Shown: piece by piece, positions 25,263 to 37,430 of the stretch
Numbering within the stretch: position 1 is the stretch's first letter
How the letters are laid out: each line of letters opens with the position of its first letter
NCBI RefSeq assembly: GCF_011386835.1
Contig: NC_088795.1
Coordinates: 29,140,001-29,204,000, forward strand
Direction: 5' to 3'
Length of the DNA stretch: 64,000 nucleotides
Source of the DNA: Chrysemys picta bellii
Lineage: Eukaryota
Position numbers and translations under genes: made by a program
The notes under the pieces: generated by a model
What the model saw: only the letters and a program-made list of their open reading frames with translations
The model's database searches: none
What the model was told of the DNA's origin: nothing

Positions 25263-27887
25263 AGGGCCAAATGCAATAGTTTGACTCCATCTGGATGCCT
25301 GTTGTTACTAACAACTCTTTGCATCTGTCAGTTTCAAAGTGCTCCCATTTTTGTACTGAGATGTAGAGAACCATGGATACAATCTAGGCCTCACTGATGT
25401 CAACATTCCCATTGACTTCAGTGGTGCCAGGATTTTACCCCATATGATTTTAGGGTTAAATTATGCCTCAGTACTGGGATGTAGAGGAAGTGTAACATCT
25501 GAATGAGTCATTGGGCCTGATTCTTCCCTCCTCTGCAACTCATGTCATCTCTGTACCTGTGCAAAGGGAGTGTAGCGTGCTGCCACTATTATCTGGCAGT
25601 GTTTTACACTCACTTTGCAGAGGTGTAAATGACCACACACGGCACAGTACAAGGGAGAACCAGACCCGGAGTGCCTATGTAAGATTTAATGCCACCTGAG
25701 CTGCTGGAAGAGTGCAGTGAGAGGCTGCACAGGAGACAAATTTTAAAAGGTATAGCTCTGCGCTCAGCATAGCTATCCTTGTGCCCTCGGCAGAGCCATA
25801 ACCAGGGCAGGGCAAGGACGGCAGCCACCCAGGATGCAAAACCGTGGGGGATGGCAGAAAAATGGGATGGAAACAAAGGTGTCATATAAAACCCCATGTG
25901 ACAGGGGTTGGTCAGGCCAGCCCTACATGGCAGGGCTCTGGGAGGGCACGCCTCTTCCACCCTCAACTCACCTCAGCAGCCCACCCACCCAGCCTGTCTG
26001 GGTTGTAGGAGTGTAACCAAAATATCTGGGGGTGAGGGGGGGACCTGACCCTGCATGCTCCACCCCCTGCCCACCTGTCACCTCTGGGTAGAAAAATGAT
26101 GGGCAAAAACCATAGAGGGCTCAAATATGCTTGCTTGCCTGGGGCGCTAAAATGCCTACTTATGGCTCTGGCCCAGGGGCCAGGCCAGAGGCCCCAACCT
26201 TTTCTCTACCCAGCCCTGGCTGCTTTGAGGGCACTAGAATGCAGAAGCCAAACTGTCTGTGCACTGGAGAAGACTGGAGGAGGAATCATGAGGGAGTTCC
26301 TTGTGCCCTGTCCTCCACCCCTGTCTCAGCACACCCACCCCAAGCATAATCTGACCCTTTAGTATTTGGTTTCCTTTATTTTCTGAGGGCCTATGAAGTG
26401 CAATTCAAATAACTTAGGAACTCCAGGAAGTGAGCGTTTTGATTCGGTTGTTGTTCTGCTTGTAAAGCTCTACATGGCCTGAATGCACCAGGAGGGCTTA
26501 TAGCATTTTCTTAGATCTACACACTGCTCCCCAGTGCAGCTTTGTCCAATGGCCTACTACTATCAGTCCTCATTTCACAAGATGTTCTGCATATCCAAAT
26601 AAATGTGTGTGCTTTTTAAGCATATGTCCTATTTATGCCACCACCACTAAAATGGGAAAGTTAGGTAGGTTTGTTTGCAAATGATGCACTACTATGAAAT
26701 ATTCTATAGGAGAGAATGAAATCAACAACCTGTACTGGAAAAAAAGGACCTCAAGGACCATATCCTGCAAGCCCCTGCTCATGTGAATAGAGACCTGCTC
26801 ATTCAAGCCCTCAGTTACAGTAGCTTTTTCTGGGCTGTCAATTCTTTTCTTTTTCAAGTTTTGCTTTTTTAAAAAAAGTTTCTTTTCCCTCCCTTTGCAT
26901 GGAAACTTATGTCCTGTTTTATCTTGTCTTTCATCAAACAAGTTAGTGCCTACTGGTGCCTTTTGGGTTGAGTTTTAAATCTGTTTAGTTTTGCAATTGT
27001 GGAAAAGGGCTTATTGTAAATCCTCCTTCGAATGAGCTCATACCCTACATTCTCTCCCTTCTGCATGTGCCAGCTCGACATTTAATAGTTGGTGAGGCCT
27101 GAATGTTGTCAGTATTTGCATCTTGAACGGAGAAGTAAGTGCTCCGTATGCTGATCCTAAAAAGTGTCCCAAATTATTAATGCCCCTAAACAGAGTAGCC
27201 CTTAATATGAGAACATTGGCATTGCCAAACTGCTTTAGCTACTCTGGCTTTTTGGCTCTGACAGGGGCCTACACCAGTTGTTCTGAAGGCCCAGCTTGCA
27301 CTGAGCAGTGATGCCCAGAAGAGAACTGATCCCCAGGTTCTCATCAACTAAAGCCATGTGACCACAGGCCGTTAGAATTCTTATGGCAGCTGTGCAATAG
27401 AACTATGCTGCTTTGCTATTCTGGGAGCAGTATAGCAGTAGCAATAAATTGTAAAACATTCACGCTTTATGAAAATGGCGTAAGAGCCAAATTCAGAGAC
27501 TTTATGTTACACTTAGGTAAGGGGCATCTTCCAGGCCATTTTCATCACCGGTGTAACTCCATTGTTTGGAAAGCAAATATAAGTAGGTGTAACACATTAC
27601 TCCTCTAGCCCATTGGAGTGTATCATGAAAAGCAAGTAACAAACCTTTGTGGTGGTTGAGCTCAACACCAATATTGCAACAGGAATAGCTTATGTATCAC
27701 AATCACACTTGTGGAGCCTGTTTATCTTTCTGAGGCTGTTTCTCTGACCACACTCATATTTCCACACTATGGGGATAGCTGCCTCCTTTTGGATTTAAAT
27801 TTGCTAATAGCCAGGTGTCATTTAGGCTTGCAAGAGAGCTATTCTTGCTTTGAAGACTGTGAATTTCTACACATATGGAACAAGCCA

Positions 27888-28190
27888 CAGCGGTTCTCAA
27901 TCTGTGGGTCAGGATCCCAAAGTGGGTCGGGACCCCATTTTAATGGGGTCATCAGGGCTGGCATTAGACTTGCTGGGGACTAGGGCCAAAGCCCAAGGGC
28001 ATTAGCCCTGGGACGGGGCTCAGGCTTCAGTTTCAGCCCTGGGCAGCGGGGCTTCGGCTTTAGCCCCCCACCTGGGACAGCGCCTCAGCAGGGCTTGGGC
28101 GGGCTCGGGCTTCAGTCCCCTCTCTTGGGGTCATGCAGTAATTTTTGTTGTCAGAAGGGGGTCACGGAGCAATGAAGTTTGAGAACCCCG
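27888..28190 (-). mobile_element. hAT (Charlie-like) MITE
   Basis: TIRs CAGCGGTTCTCAATCT / AAGTTTGAGAACCCCG. The right end is the reverse complement of the left end of 14010-14281. Confidence 0.75.
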
Positions 28191-29984
28191 AGCCAGCAAG
28201 AATAGTGGTTTTTGGTTTTGTTTGTTTGTTTTCAATGGAGAGAGAATGGCACATGGAAAAGCGTGAGGCAGAAAAGCCAATACTCAAAAGCTGGGTTCAA
28301 TTTTGGTTTTGAACAATTTAAATGATCTAGCAATAAGTAAATTAAAAATGGAGATAAGCCATTTGGATTGAGGCTTCTGGTAGAGACCATAGAAAGACAG
28401 ATGCAGGCAGTTAACATTGGATCCTAATTCAGATCTGCACTTCCTCAAATTTCAGCAGTGTTCTGCTCCAGGATTTTGGTTTGGACCCAACTCCAATACG
28501 ACTGTGCCATTCTGAGCACTGAGGGTGGAATTGGAACTGAATATTAAAGTTCGGATCTCTCTTTTGGACTGGTCTTAAAACTGTGGATTTGAATCTACCA
28601 CACCAACCCTGAGCTTTGAGATGCTTGAAATTCAGATCTGAATTTTATGGCTTGAGCTCAGCTGTATTTATGGGGCTAAAAAGATTTTGAATCCGCCCCC
28701 CCCCCAAAAAAACCCCGGTGGAACACTATCCAATTGCTTATTTCAATAACTTGTTATGATTATGAGCATTTCACTGTAGCTTTTAGGGCATAAACTATTT
28801 TGGATCCAATTACCTATTTATTATACACCCACAGGATGAAATTGTGGTCCTACTGAAATCAGTGGGGGTTTTGCATTCTCTTCCATTCTGTATAAGGTGT
28901 CTTGGCTTCTTGCAAGGATTGAGATCTTGGAAGGTTCAGCTCAAGAAGGCAGCTAAGCAAGTGGACAGAGCTGCTAAGTCTTTTTGAAAACAAGGTCCTC
29001 CCTGTTTGTGTTGTAGAGAGACAGAGAAACCCCAGCAGGAATGGGTTAAATACTATTAAAAGCAACTGAAAAAGAGTGAGTAACTTAACTCTTTCAGCCA
29101 AAAGGAGCTTGGTTGAGATTTTCTACACACCATCTTCAATCATGTTCTGTTTAAGCAGGTGGCAGTTTTGCCATTTGAAGGGAGAATGAACAGGCTAATT
29201 AATTCAAGCACAACTTTACCTATAATTATGTTAATATCCTTGACGGCCTCAGAACAGGTGACTATCATGAAACAGCAACAAAACAACAATTAAGATGAAG
29301 AATGAATTTTTAAAAAAATAAAATTTAACTATTGCTCATCTAAGTTGTCATAAAGGTAGAGTCTGTTTTACCCAATACTGCAGCATAGTACGTAGAGTAT
29401 ATGTATACTTTATACTGTAATTGTCTCTCCTTATAAAAGTCTATTTATATTTTATAACATATCCACAAGAAACACAGATTTGATTGAGTTTTCAATTTTC
29501 ATTTTACATTGCTTGACATCTGAGTGCTTCATTTTTCAATCCGAATGTTGCCTGAAAGCTTTTAATTTTTGCATACTTAGAATGCAGTATGACCTGCGTG
29601 GGTGTCTTTAAAACCAGAGAAAGTTCAATCAATTATCCTTCTACCAAAGTCATGGGACTAACAAGATTTATTAAGACATGCCTATTAGGTGAGTATTATT
29701 AACTATGTCTATACTAGGCAGTTCATAAGGTATTTGCTTATGATCACCTCATCATAACAATTCCCTTTGAAGAGAGACACAGCAGGACCTTTCTAAGAAA
29801 AAAATGCCCGTGAATAAACACCTCCTTTGCATTCCTTCATAAACAAATCAATGCCAACACCACAAAGACATCACAGGTCAACTGCATTTTCTTTTAAGCT
29901 TTTTATTCAGTTTGCAGTACCAAAACAAAACAAAAAAACCCAACAAACTATGTTGCAGTCAAAGCAGGAACAAACCACGGATCC

Positions 29985-30182
29985 TTAGAAATCCTCATGA
30001 GGAAGCCACCAGGCAAAGCAAATTGTCATCAACTTTGCGACAGACGTTACTGAGATTGCTGCAATAGAAGCTCTATGAAATGGATCTCTGCAAGGGTATA
30101 TGGCAGATACCTGATCAAGAGCTTGCCCTAAGACAACTCGTTTAATCGATTGGCTATAGTCATGGGGAAATTCTTTCCATAA
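29985..30182 (-). pseudogene. Candidate terminal exon 8 of an unidentified gene
   Basis: Acceptor tttttataacag, phase 0. Open for 65 codons: LWKEFPHDYSQSIKRVVLGQALDQVSAIYPCRDPFHRASIAAISVTSVAKLMTICFAWWLPHEDF*. AATAAA on the minus strand at 29902-29907. Confidence 0.5.
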
Positions 30183-30519
30183 CTGTTATAAAAATTACAA
30201 GAACTAAAATAGCTGAACTGAAATACAACCCTTGGTAAAATATGATTGATACAGAGGGCCTCATTGGTATGATGGTGCATATTTGCTGAGGGCGATGATG
30301 TTTTCTCCCAGCTTCTATTTGGATCAGTTTGAACTTATTACTAATATTAAAATAGCAGTTCAATAAATTAAGAAGATCTGACAATAGGGATGCAGTTGAA
30401 GTAAGACTCTTATTTAACAAGCATATTCCTTATCTTAGTTACCAATGTAGATTGTTTGAAGCATCAGAATTAAAAAAGAAAATCAAGTTTACTTGTACTT
30501 ATTTCTTCTGTTTGCTTAC

Positions 30520-30614
30520 TTTTTGCATGGCACTCAGCTTGGATAATAAAAATCAGCCAGTCAAGTTCACCTTCTTGTGTTCATTCACAATGCTGCTGAG
30601 CTGAGCTTGCAAAA
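30520..30614 (-). pseudogene. Candidate exon 7 of an unidentified gene (in-frame TGA)
   Basis: Acceptor ttcctctgtag, phase 1. (V)LQAQLSSIVNEHKKVNLTG*FLLSKLSAMQK then donor gtaagc, phase 0. A weaker gtgaac donor after 30571 avoids the stop in the same phase. Confidence 0.5.
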
Positions 30615-31004
30615 CTACAGAGGAATATTTTAAAAATCCTCTCTTTGAAAGGTTTAAAAATCATAAACATTTCTATTCATGTTCAATTTTGAGAAAACAC
30701 TTTAAAAGAATGAGGCTTATCCTCAGCTCCATCACACCTCTATTATATTGTTGGAAAACAGGGATAAAGAGAGTGGAGAATCAGGCCTCAAACCTAAGTT
30801 TCTCTTTATTTAGCAGCATCACTTTCACAGTGAATCTGTAATCATTATGCATAACTGTACACTTCGCTGTCCTAAAGGGTGTATAGGGATGTGTGTGGCT
30901 GCTTTTCAGCTCATGTGACAGAAGGAATGTGTGTTAAAGGAAACTACAACAGAGGCTAGAAACAGTAATAACCTTCTCAAACCGAACTGAGTTACCATTT
31001 CTAC

Positions 31005-31188
31005 GTTACCATCGTTTCATGTGCTGTATATTTATACCTATCTACTGTCTTTTTCACTCCATGCATCTGATGAAGTGGGTTCTAGCCCACAAAAGCTTAT
31101 GCCCAAATACATTTGTTAGTCTCTAAGGTGCCACAAGGACTCCTCATTGTTTTTACTGATACAGACTAACACGGCTACTCCTCTGAAA
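31005..31188 (+). mobile_element. Penelope-like element terminal fragment with hammerhead-like motif
   Basis: Shares gttagtctctaaggtgccacaag and tacagactaacac..ctctgaaac with 51433-51839. Flanked by the direct repeat CATTTCTAC. Confidence 0.75.
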
Positions 31189-31418
31189 CATTTCTACATG
31201 ATATGGGGCAAAAAAACCTTTAAATTGACCCATCTAGTGGTCAACAACAAATGATACATGAGGCTTATTGGTGTGAACGGGCTTCTCAGAGGATGTTCAG
31301 AAAGGCTGTTGATCATCTGATATAAACATTAACTGAACATTGGTGTTCTCAGATGAATACAGATTGTCTGGTACAAATCTGAGTTCCATAAATTGAGAAG
31401 CCAAGGCAGGGGTGGGGG

Positions 31419-31764
31419 CAGGGCCAGCTTTAAGTCGATTCCCCGGAATGGGGCCCTGCGCCTAAGAGGGCCCCGCAACGTCTGGGGCTGCCGGCGGAGC
31501 GGGAAAAAAAAAAAGCCGCATCCTGCTTCTCCCCGCTCCCTCCAGTGCTTGTGCTGCCATATAGCTGATCAGCGCAAGCCTGGGAGGGAGGGGTGAGGAG
31601 GAGGAATGCGGAGTGCTTGGGGAAGACGCGGGGCCAGGGCAGGGATTTGGGGAGGGATCCAATGGGGCAGGTAGGGGGCGGGGCCAGGGCGGAGTTGGGG
31701 CGGGGGGGAGCGAGACAATTTGCGTCCTCTCGTGGGGCCCCCGCACCTGCTAAAGCTGGCCCTC
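31419..31764. mobile_element. hAT-type MITE
   Basis: TIRs CAGGGCCAGCTTTA / TAAAGCTGGCCCTC, GC-rich interior; TSD not clear. Confidence 0.7.
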
Positions 31765-32551
31765 GATGTGGGGTGGGAATAACTAACCAGAAAACATGCT
31801 TAAGCCACTACAAACTGCTTTGCTTGACAATAACTCAGTGGAGATAGCAAACTACTAATTGATTCATTATTGAAATTGACAATAGGCTTTTTTAGGTGTG
31901 TTGATTGGGAGTGGAATGTATGAGGAAGATATATAAGCTGGGTCTGTAGTTCTTCAGCAGGTTTGGATTGGGAGCATGGTGAACTAGACAGAGGAAATAA
32001 CGGAAGGGAATAGAGGTAGCAATAAATAAACTGTACATTCTATTTTAGTTTTGCATCAAGGCTCCAAGGCTAATATTGCTATAGCAGAGAAAGTGAAAGC
32101 CTGTAGCCCTACCACAACAACCAGTTTCATAGACAGCAATGAATCTTGTCACATAACACTTACTGCAGTGCCTTAAAAATACTGCTCTGCCACTCTTATT
32201 TGTTGCATGATACAGATCCAACATAGCCATGAAATATGATGCATTTTGGGAAATGGTATGCTGAGATGTGATGTAAATATGCAGCAAACTAAATTTGTAT
32301 AAGCAAAGACTTGGCATTTTCTTTAAAAAAAATAAAATAAAGTGCTTTAACATGGATTTTAGAGTCATTTATTTTTCCATATCCCAATCAAATAATGTTC
32401 AGTAAGTATTGCAGGCATTACTGTGCGTCTTGCCTAGAGAAAGACTGAGAATCTTGGAGCCTAATTCTGTTCTCCCAGCAGTGCAAGTCAGGACTAGTGT
32501 CTATTTCACATCTCTGTACATTACATTTACTACTGCAAGGATGAAGCTCAC

Positions 32552-32673
32552 CTGTGCAGGAGATAGAGTATTCTTGGGGACTCCTGCAGGAAGTGGGAAC
32601 TGGCTCAAAGCTTGCCATCTTCCAGACCAGTGCATGATGCACTTCTTCAACCTGGCCTTCATAAATAAGAGCA
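32552..32673 (-). pseudogene. Candidate exon 6 of an unidentified gene
   Basis: Long polypyrimidine tract then aag acceptor, phase 2. ALIYEGQVEEVHHALVWKMASFEPVPTSCRSPQEYSISCT; donor G|gtgagc, phase 1. Confidence 0.55.
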
Positions 32674-33456
32674 CTTAGCCCCAGGGAAAAAAACAAAAAC
32701 AAACCAAAGGGACAAAAAATAAAAACACAAACCCACCCACAATTTTCTACTTGGGAAGAGGAATGGAGGAAAAACCACATGGGACAGATACTAGTCACTT
32801 TGCTTAATGCATTGTCCAGAAGGTGTTCAGTAACCATGGTGATAGGAGCAATATAAGAACCTGAATAGATTAGAAAAGGGATAATGGAAGCCCAGTTTTC
32901 TTCAACCATAACTTTCTTCTCTAATATCTTCTTGGACTAAATGCTATATTTTAATTCACTCAGTAAAACAGGATATTGCTAGAGATAGTTAAAGCTCAGG
33001 GTGGTTTTGCAAAGCTAGCATTAGGGGTGGTTCACATCTGGGTCCCATTTTATCTGAATCCCCAATGGGCCTAATTCAGTACTTTTGCCCAGAGTGCTCA
33101 GCAAAACCTCAGTTATGCAGTAAGATGAAGTCATTGCTTTTTGCATTCACTATAAAAATCCCAATAAAGTACTCTGCTATGTATCCCATGCAGACAGCAA
33201 CTTGGGAAGTCAGAGGGATGATGCCTGTTGCTGGTGATGATGCCTGCCTGATGATGCATCTCCCTGGCACGTGGTCCAGTGGCAGTGTGTTGCCTGGCAG
33301 CCAATCTCCAATTGCAGCTTGCCAAAAATGTCTCCACAGAGGTCTTGTCCGTAAGTTTGTGGCACATGCACCGATGTATTAGAAGCCAAGTTGTACTTCA
33401 TACAAATCATTAGTCCACCTCCATGTCAACCTGGCAGTATGGGCCTGCCAACTCAC

Positions 33457-33497
33457 TGTCTATTCTGCATGAGTGTGTACACCCACAAACGACAATC
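33457..33497 (-). pseudogene. Candidate exon 5 of an unidentified gene
   Basis: Acceptor cccattctctgtcag, phase 0. DCRLWVYTLMQNR; donor CA|gtgagt, phase 2. Confidence 0.55.
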
Positions 33498-33790
33498 CTG
33501 ACAGAGAATGGGGGTGAATGGGCAGGGAACACCTGTTTTCATCCTCGTATGGGCATTAGTCTTAAGTCAGTCCTGTGCAATGACCCGTACATGCTAGAAA
33601 ATATCACCATTCCATAGCATGCTACCACCTGCACATCAGGGAAGCTGCTATTGTTAGCTGTCTCATCCCATCGCTACAGACAAGGCATGAGACAGATGCG
33701 TATTATATGTGTAGCAGTGGCCAAACCATCTTTTCTGGGCTGGGATATCCAACACTCACCACCTTACCCAGGTCCAGCCTTTTTCCCCAC

Positions 33791-34101
33791 CTGTACCAGA
33801 CAAGAGCACTGGCTTCTGTATGAAGGCATGCCTAAGAAGGTTTTGAATTTGGAAGTGAATTTACTCCACATAGCCCTGCTTATTTGACCTGAAAGTTCAA
33901 GCACCTGGTGCCAGAAATTGACATATTGACTGACGGAAACTAAGTAGTTAATTAATTTTGTTATTACTTCGTCTGCCTGATTTTCTTCTTTGAGATCGTC
34001 TCTTAAATAGGGCTTGGTTTCACTAAAATAATCCATTAAATACAAGGCTTGGCTTGGGGAATCCTTCCAAATTTTGGATTCTTGGCAGTATACTACTTCC
34101 A
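33791..34101 (-). pseudogene. Candidate exon 4 (311 nt) of an unidentified gene
   Basis: Acceptor cattttgtttttcag, phase 1. 103 open codons EVVYCQESKIWKDSPSQALYLMDYFSETKPYLRDDLKEENQADEVITKLINYLVSVSQYVNFWHQVLELSGQISRAMWSKFTSKFKTFLGMPSYRSQCSCLVQ in AT-rich DNA; donor CAG|gtgggg, phase 0. Confidence 0.62.
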
Positions 34102-34651
34102 CTGAAAAACAAAATGAGCTGAAGCCCAAGTACTGAGTCTTTTGAAAGATAAAGCTTTAGGGATTACACTAATGTGTTCCCAGTGTTCCTTTCCTTTAAG
34201 TAAGACTTAGAAGAAGATCACTGGAAAATAAGACAAAGGCTGATGAGGATGATCAAAATCCAGCAAGATCAACTCCCCCAGTCCTTATTTAGGTGTAGCG
34301 CTCTCAGAGGTGGCTGGTGTCACGGCGTTTAATTGTTAACTCAGGAAGAGTACGTATCACTTTTCATAGCCCCAAGGGACAGGGTAACATTCTACTTTGC
34401 TGCACAACTGTCCACCCTAGAGATGGGTTTGAGCTGCAGAGTTCAGAGCCTGATTGTAACTTCCCTAAGGTCCCCAGCCCTAATCCTCACTGTTTCAATT
34501 TTAACAGCTGAATTCAAGGGCCCCACCTCTTGCACAAGAGCCTGCAAAAGAGAGTTCAGAAGCAGAGGTACTAAAAAAGGCCTTAACTGTAAAGCTTACG
34601 GAGCCCCTGAAGAACAGCAGCTATTATACATCAACATGCGATGGGTCACAT

Positions 34652-34776
34652 ACATTTGTTTTAATTTCTCAGCACCACTTTCATCTAATTCTATTGCAAT
34701 GTGCTTTGAAGCTGCTTTTGAGTCATTTACAACCAGGTCTTACCCTGCATGCAAAATGGCTTCAATTATTACTTTT
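34652..34776 (-). pseudogene. Candidate exon 3 of an unidentified gene (3' boundary uncertain)
   Basis: Acceptor ttttgtttttaaag, phase 2. KVIIEAILHAG*DLVVNDSKAASKHIAIELDESGAEKLKQ. The TAA (34740-34742) overlaps a strong GG|gtaaga donor, so the exon may instead end at 34744. Confidence 0.4.
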
Positions 34777-36678
34777 CTTTAAAAACAAAACAGAAAAACA
34801 AAATCACAGATTTGCCTACATCAGAAGGCTGAGAGTCAGTCTTTGATCCAGATGTAGTCAATCCACATCATGTTCTGCTCAGTTGGCTTGTTGCTATTTT
34901 ATGCTCTTCTTTTTGTGGTGTGTTATAAATGGCATTGTATTTTAGTTGTGTGTTTAGCTCCCCAAGAACTTCAAGCAGGGGTGGTGGATTTGGCTAAGTA
35001 ATAAAAGAAAGTGGGGAGGGAAGACAAATGACAAATCACATCAGTTAAAGAACACAGTAGTGAACAGAGAAATGTCCCACTGATCTAATCAGAGAGCTAC
35101 AAGATGTTAATAACAGCAACAACAGTATTAGCATAGTCATTTCTCTATCGAATAGAGCCACATCTGGAAAAATTGTAAAGAATAATTGAAATTAGAAATG
35201 AAAAAAATCATCTAGCCCCCATGCCTGCCAGCATAGAATTGTTCTCTACAGTAGGTTTACTTTTTTTCTTTTTAGAATTTTGAGTCAGATCCTCTGCTGT
35301 AAAAGAAACGTTGAGCTCCCTTTGTATTCCCTCAGTTCTGAGACTGCTCTGTGCAGTGCCAGTCCCCTGAGTGCTGCTCTAACTTGTACCAGCTGCCTAT
35401 GGCCCCAGGAACTCATAACAGCAGCTGGGGATCTTTGGTGGACAGACACACGCCAACCAGGCCCATTGTACCGGCATTGCTATGGTAGCTCTATGTTATT
35501 TGAGGAATCCCCCCTCTCATAGAGAGGGGGGGCATTTTCCAGGGGACAAATAAACTTTGCATTGGCAGGCTGGCACTAGCACAGCCTGACGTCTGGCCCT
35601 TTATGTTTTCAATAGGTACAAAAAGGCTGTTGTAAAGATAACGGTACGGCAGGTCTTGAATGAAACTGGAATACAGATTGTTATTCTCCAGCACAGACAT
35701 GACTATACAGCACAAATTAAAACTACTAAGGAGAGAGAGAGGGAGAGTTTGAGAATTCTTGGTTTGTTTTCTTTCCATAGCAACAAGATCATAGATGAGG
35801 AAGAAAGTCTCTTATAGGGAGAAATGCTACTAGTAGTAAGCATAAAGAGAGGAGGGTAGGATTAAGGGGAATGAGAGGGGTATGTTTATGTAAAGAAGGG
35901 GGCATTACACAGAGGTGCAGGTGTGATCTGTGCTCACATATGGACTGAATGAAATGAGAGGTTTAAAGACTGATTTGTGTCCTGGCATCAGTGTGCAAAT
36001 GGGGGAGAGAGAGAGTGCAAGGAACCTTCCCCATGCAGGGACTGAACACAATCCCAGTTTGGCATTCAGGCAAGTGTAAGTGTGGACACATACTAGGAAG
36101 GACAGAGAGGTGGCTGGGCTATCACTTGCCTTGAATGGAGTACATTTTGCAGGGTGGCTTTCTCCCTGCATTCATTGTAGCACAGTGCCAGATCCTCAAA
36201 AATATATATATAGGTGCCTAACTCCAGTTGATTTCAATGCAAGTTAGTTTACTAAATACCTTTGAAAATCTGGGCCATAATGTCTCCCAGAGCTCCTGCT
36301 GGGGCTGTATATCTCTGCACCATCTCCAACCCAAGACAGTGCCTATATCTGGTAAACCACATACAACTGTTTAACACTACTAAGTTATGGCCCATCCTTC
36401 CAGCAAGCCAGCACAGCTCAATAATAAATCAACATTCTAAAGCGGGATCTGTTAAAATGTGTTAACCAAAGAGTTTCTAAAAATGAGCATAAACTCTAAA
36501 AGGCAGGATTAGCCAGAACTTTCAAGTCAACATTAGAAAAAATACTTCTTACAAGGCTGCCAAATCTTCTGTAAGTCTGGGCAGGAACAAACCCAAAGAA
36601 ATGCAGACACCATATGAAATGTAGACACTATATGGATAAGCACTTGGACTCAAGCTGAATGCTGCATAATACAAACAC

Positions 36679-36796
36679 CGAGCATTCTTCTCCCGGACAA
36701 ACTTGACAAGTGCTTTATTAATCATGACTCAAGACTCAATACATCTTTGAAGGAGCTGAACATAAATTGTTTGCCGGCCAAAAATGTCCTTTATTC
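36679..36796 (-). pseudogene. Candidate exon 2 of an unidentified gene (in-frame TGA)
   Basis: Acceptor ttgcaattcag, phase 1. IKDIFGRQTIYVQLLQRCIES*VMINKALVKFVREKNA; weak donor CG|gtgttt, phase 2, matching exon 3. Confidence 0.42.
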
Positions 36797-36919
36797 CTGA
36801 ATTGCAACAATGCACATTAATTACCTTCTGATTATATTCAGACTGTTGAAATTTTTGAATTTGGTTCATATTGCCACATAGAACAAATACAGGCAAGATT
36901 CATGCCTTGGATCTAGCTC

Positions 36920-36978
36920 TTGGTTACACAGAAGGTCAGACTAGATGACCTAATGGTCCCTTCGGGCCTAGTTTCTAT
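36920..36978 (+). mobile_element. CR1 LINE 3' end
   Basis: gaaggtcagactagatgacctaatggtcccttcgggcct. Confidence 0.65.
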
Positions 36979-37129
36979 TTCAGTCATGTTTTACTGACAG
37001 GTATCAAACTGGATCCACTAGGACACATCTCACTGGGCTTGATTTTGCATCTCACCTAGAGATCCCATGAGTGTTTTATGTGTGTAACTGTTTACCTTTC
37101 TGTTAAGCTAAAGGCCTAGTTTCTCTCCT

Positions 37130-37430
37130 TGGTGGGTAGTTTGTCCTCCAGCTAGACCATTAAATGTGACCCTTTTGGGGTCACAGAGTCCCAAAAGGGA
37201 CTCTTCTAATCTCTTTCCCTGGGTCACAGCACTTCCTTAAGCATCTGTCAATCTTCTCAACCGTACAACTCAAGTACCCCTTACTGGTCATCCAGAGAGA
37301 AAGCTTTGGCCCCTCAAAAATGAAGCAGGGGCAGGTCTGACCACTAGCTTGTCCCACTGAGAATATTTCCTGTGTTCTACTACAAACATTCACTTCTTGG
37401 GGTAACTTAGCCTGTGAAATTAGCCTGGCT
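37130..37430 (-). mobile_element. Old non-LTR retrotransposon remnant (clade uncertain)
   Basis: PKLSLWMTSKGYLSCTVEKIDRCLRKCC resembles the post-RT region of LINE ORF2; weak match. Confidence 0.3.

Noticed and set aside
28859-29101. DDIT4L (expected EMCN neighbour)
   Set aside because: No GLRGC or other DDIT4/REDD motifs were found here or elsewhere in the window.
32800-32870. Strong acceptor with frame SYIAPITMVTEHLLDNALSK as an extra exon
   Set aside because: It is open only in phase 1 to 0, which does not fit the phase 2 junction between exons 5 and 6; kept out of the model but not excluded.
33065-33430. Overlapping open frames on both strands between candidate exons 5 and 6
   Set aside because: No good splice sites bracket them, and the phases already chain without them; probably compositional.
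33791-36796. hAT transposase origin for the unidentified peptide
   Set aside because: Only faint resemblance (RQTIYVQLLQR vs RWNS..MLER); the diagnostic RW and ERxFS motifs, TIRs and TSD are absent.
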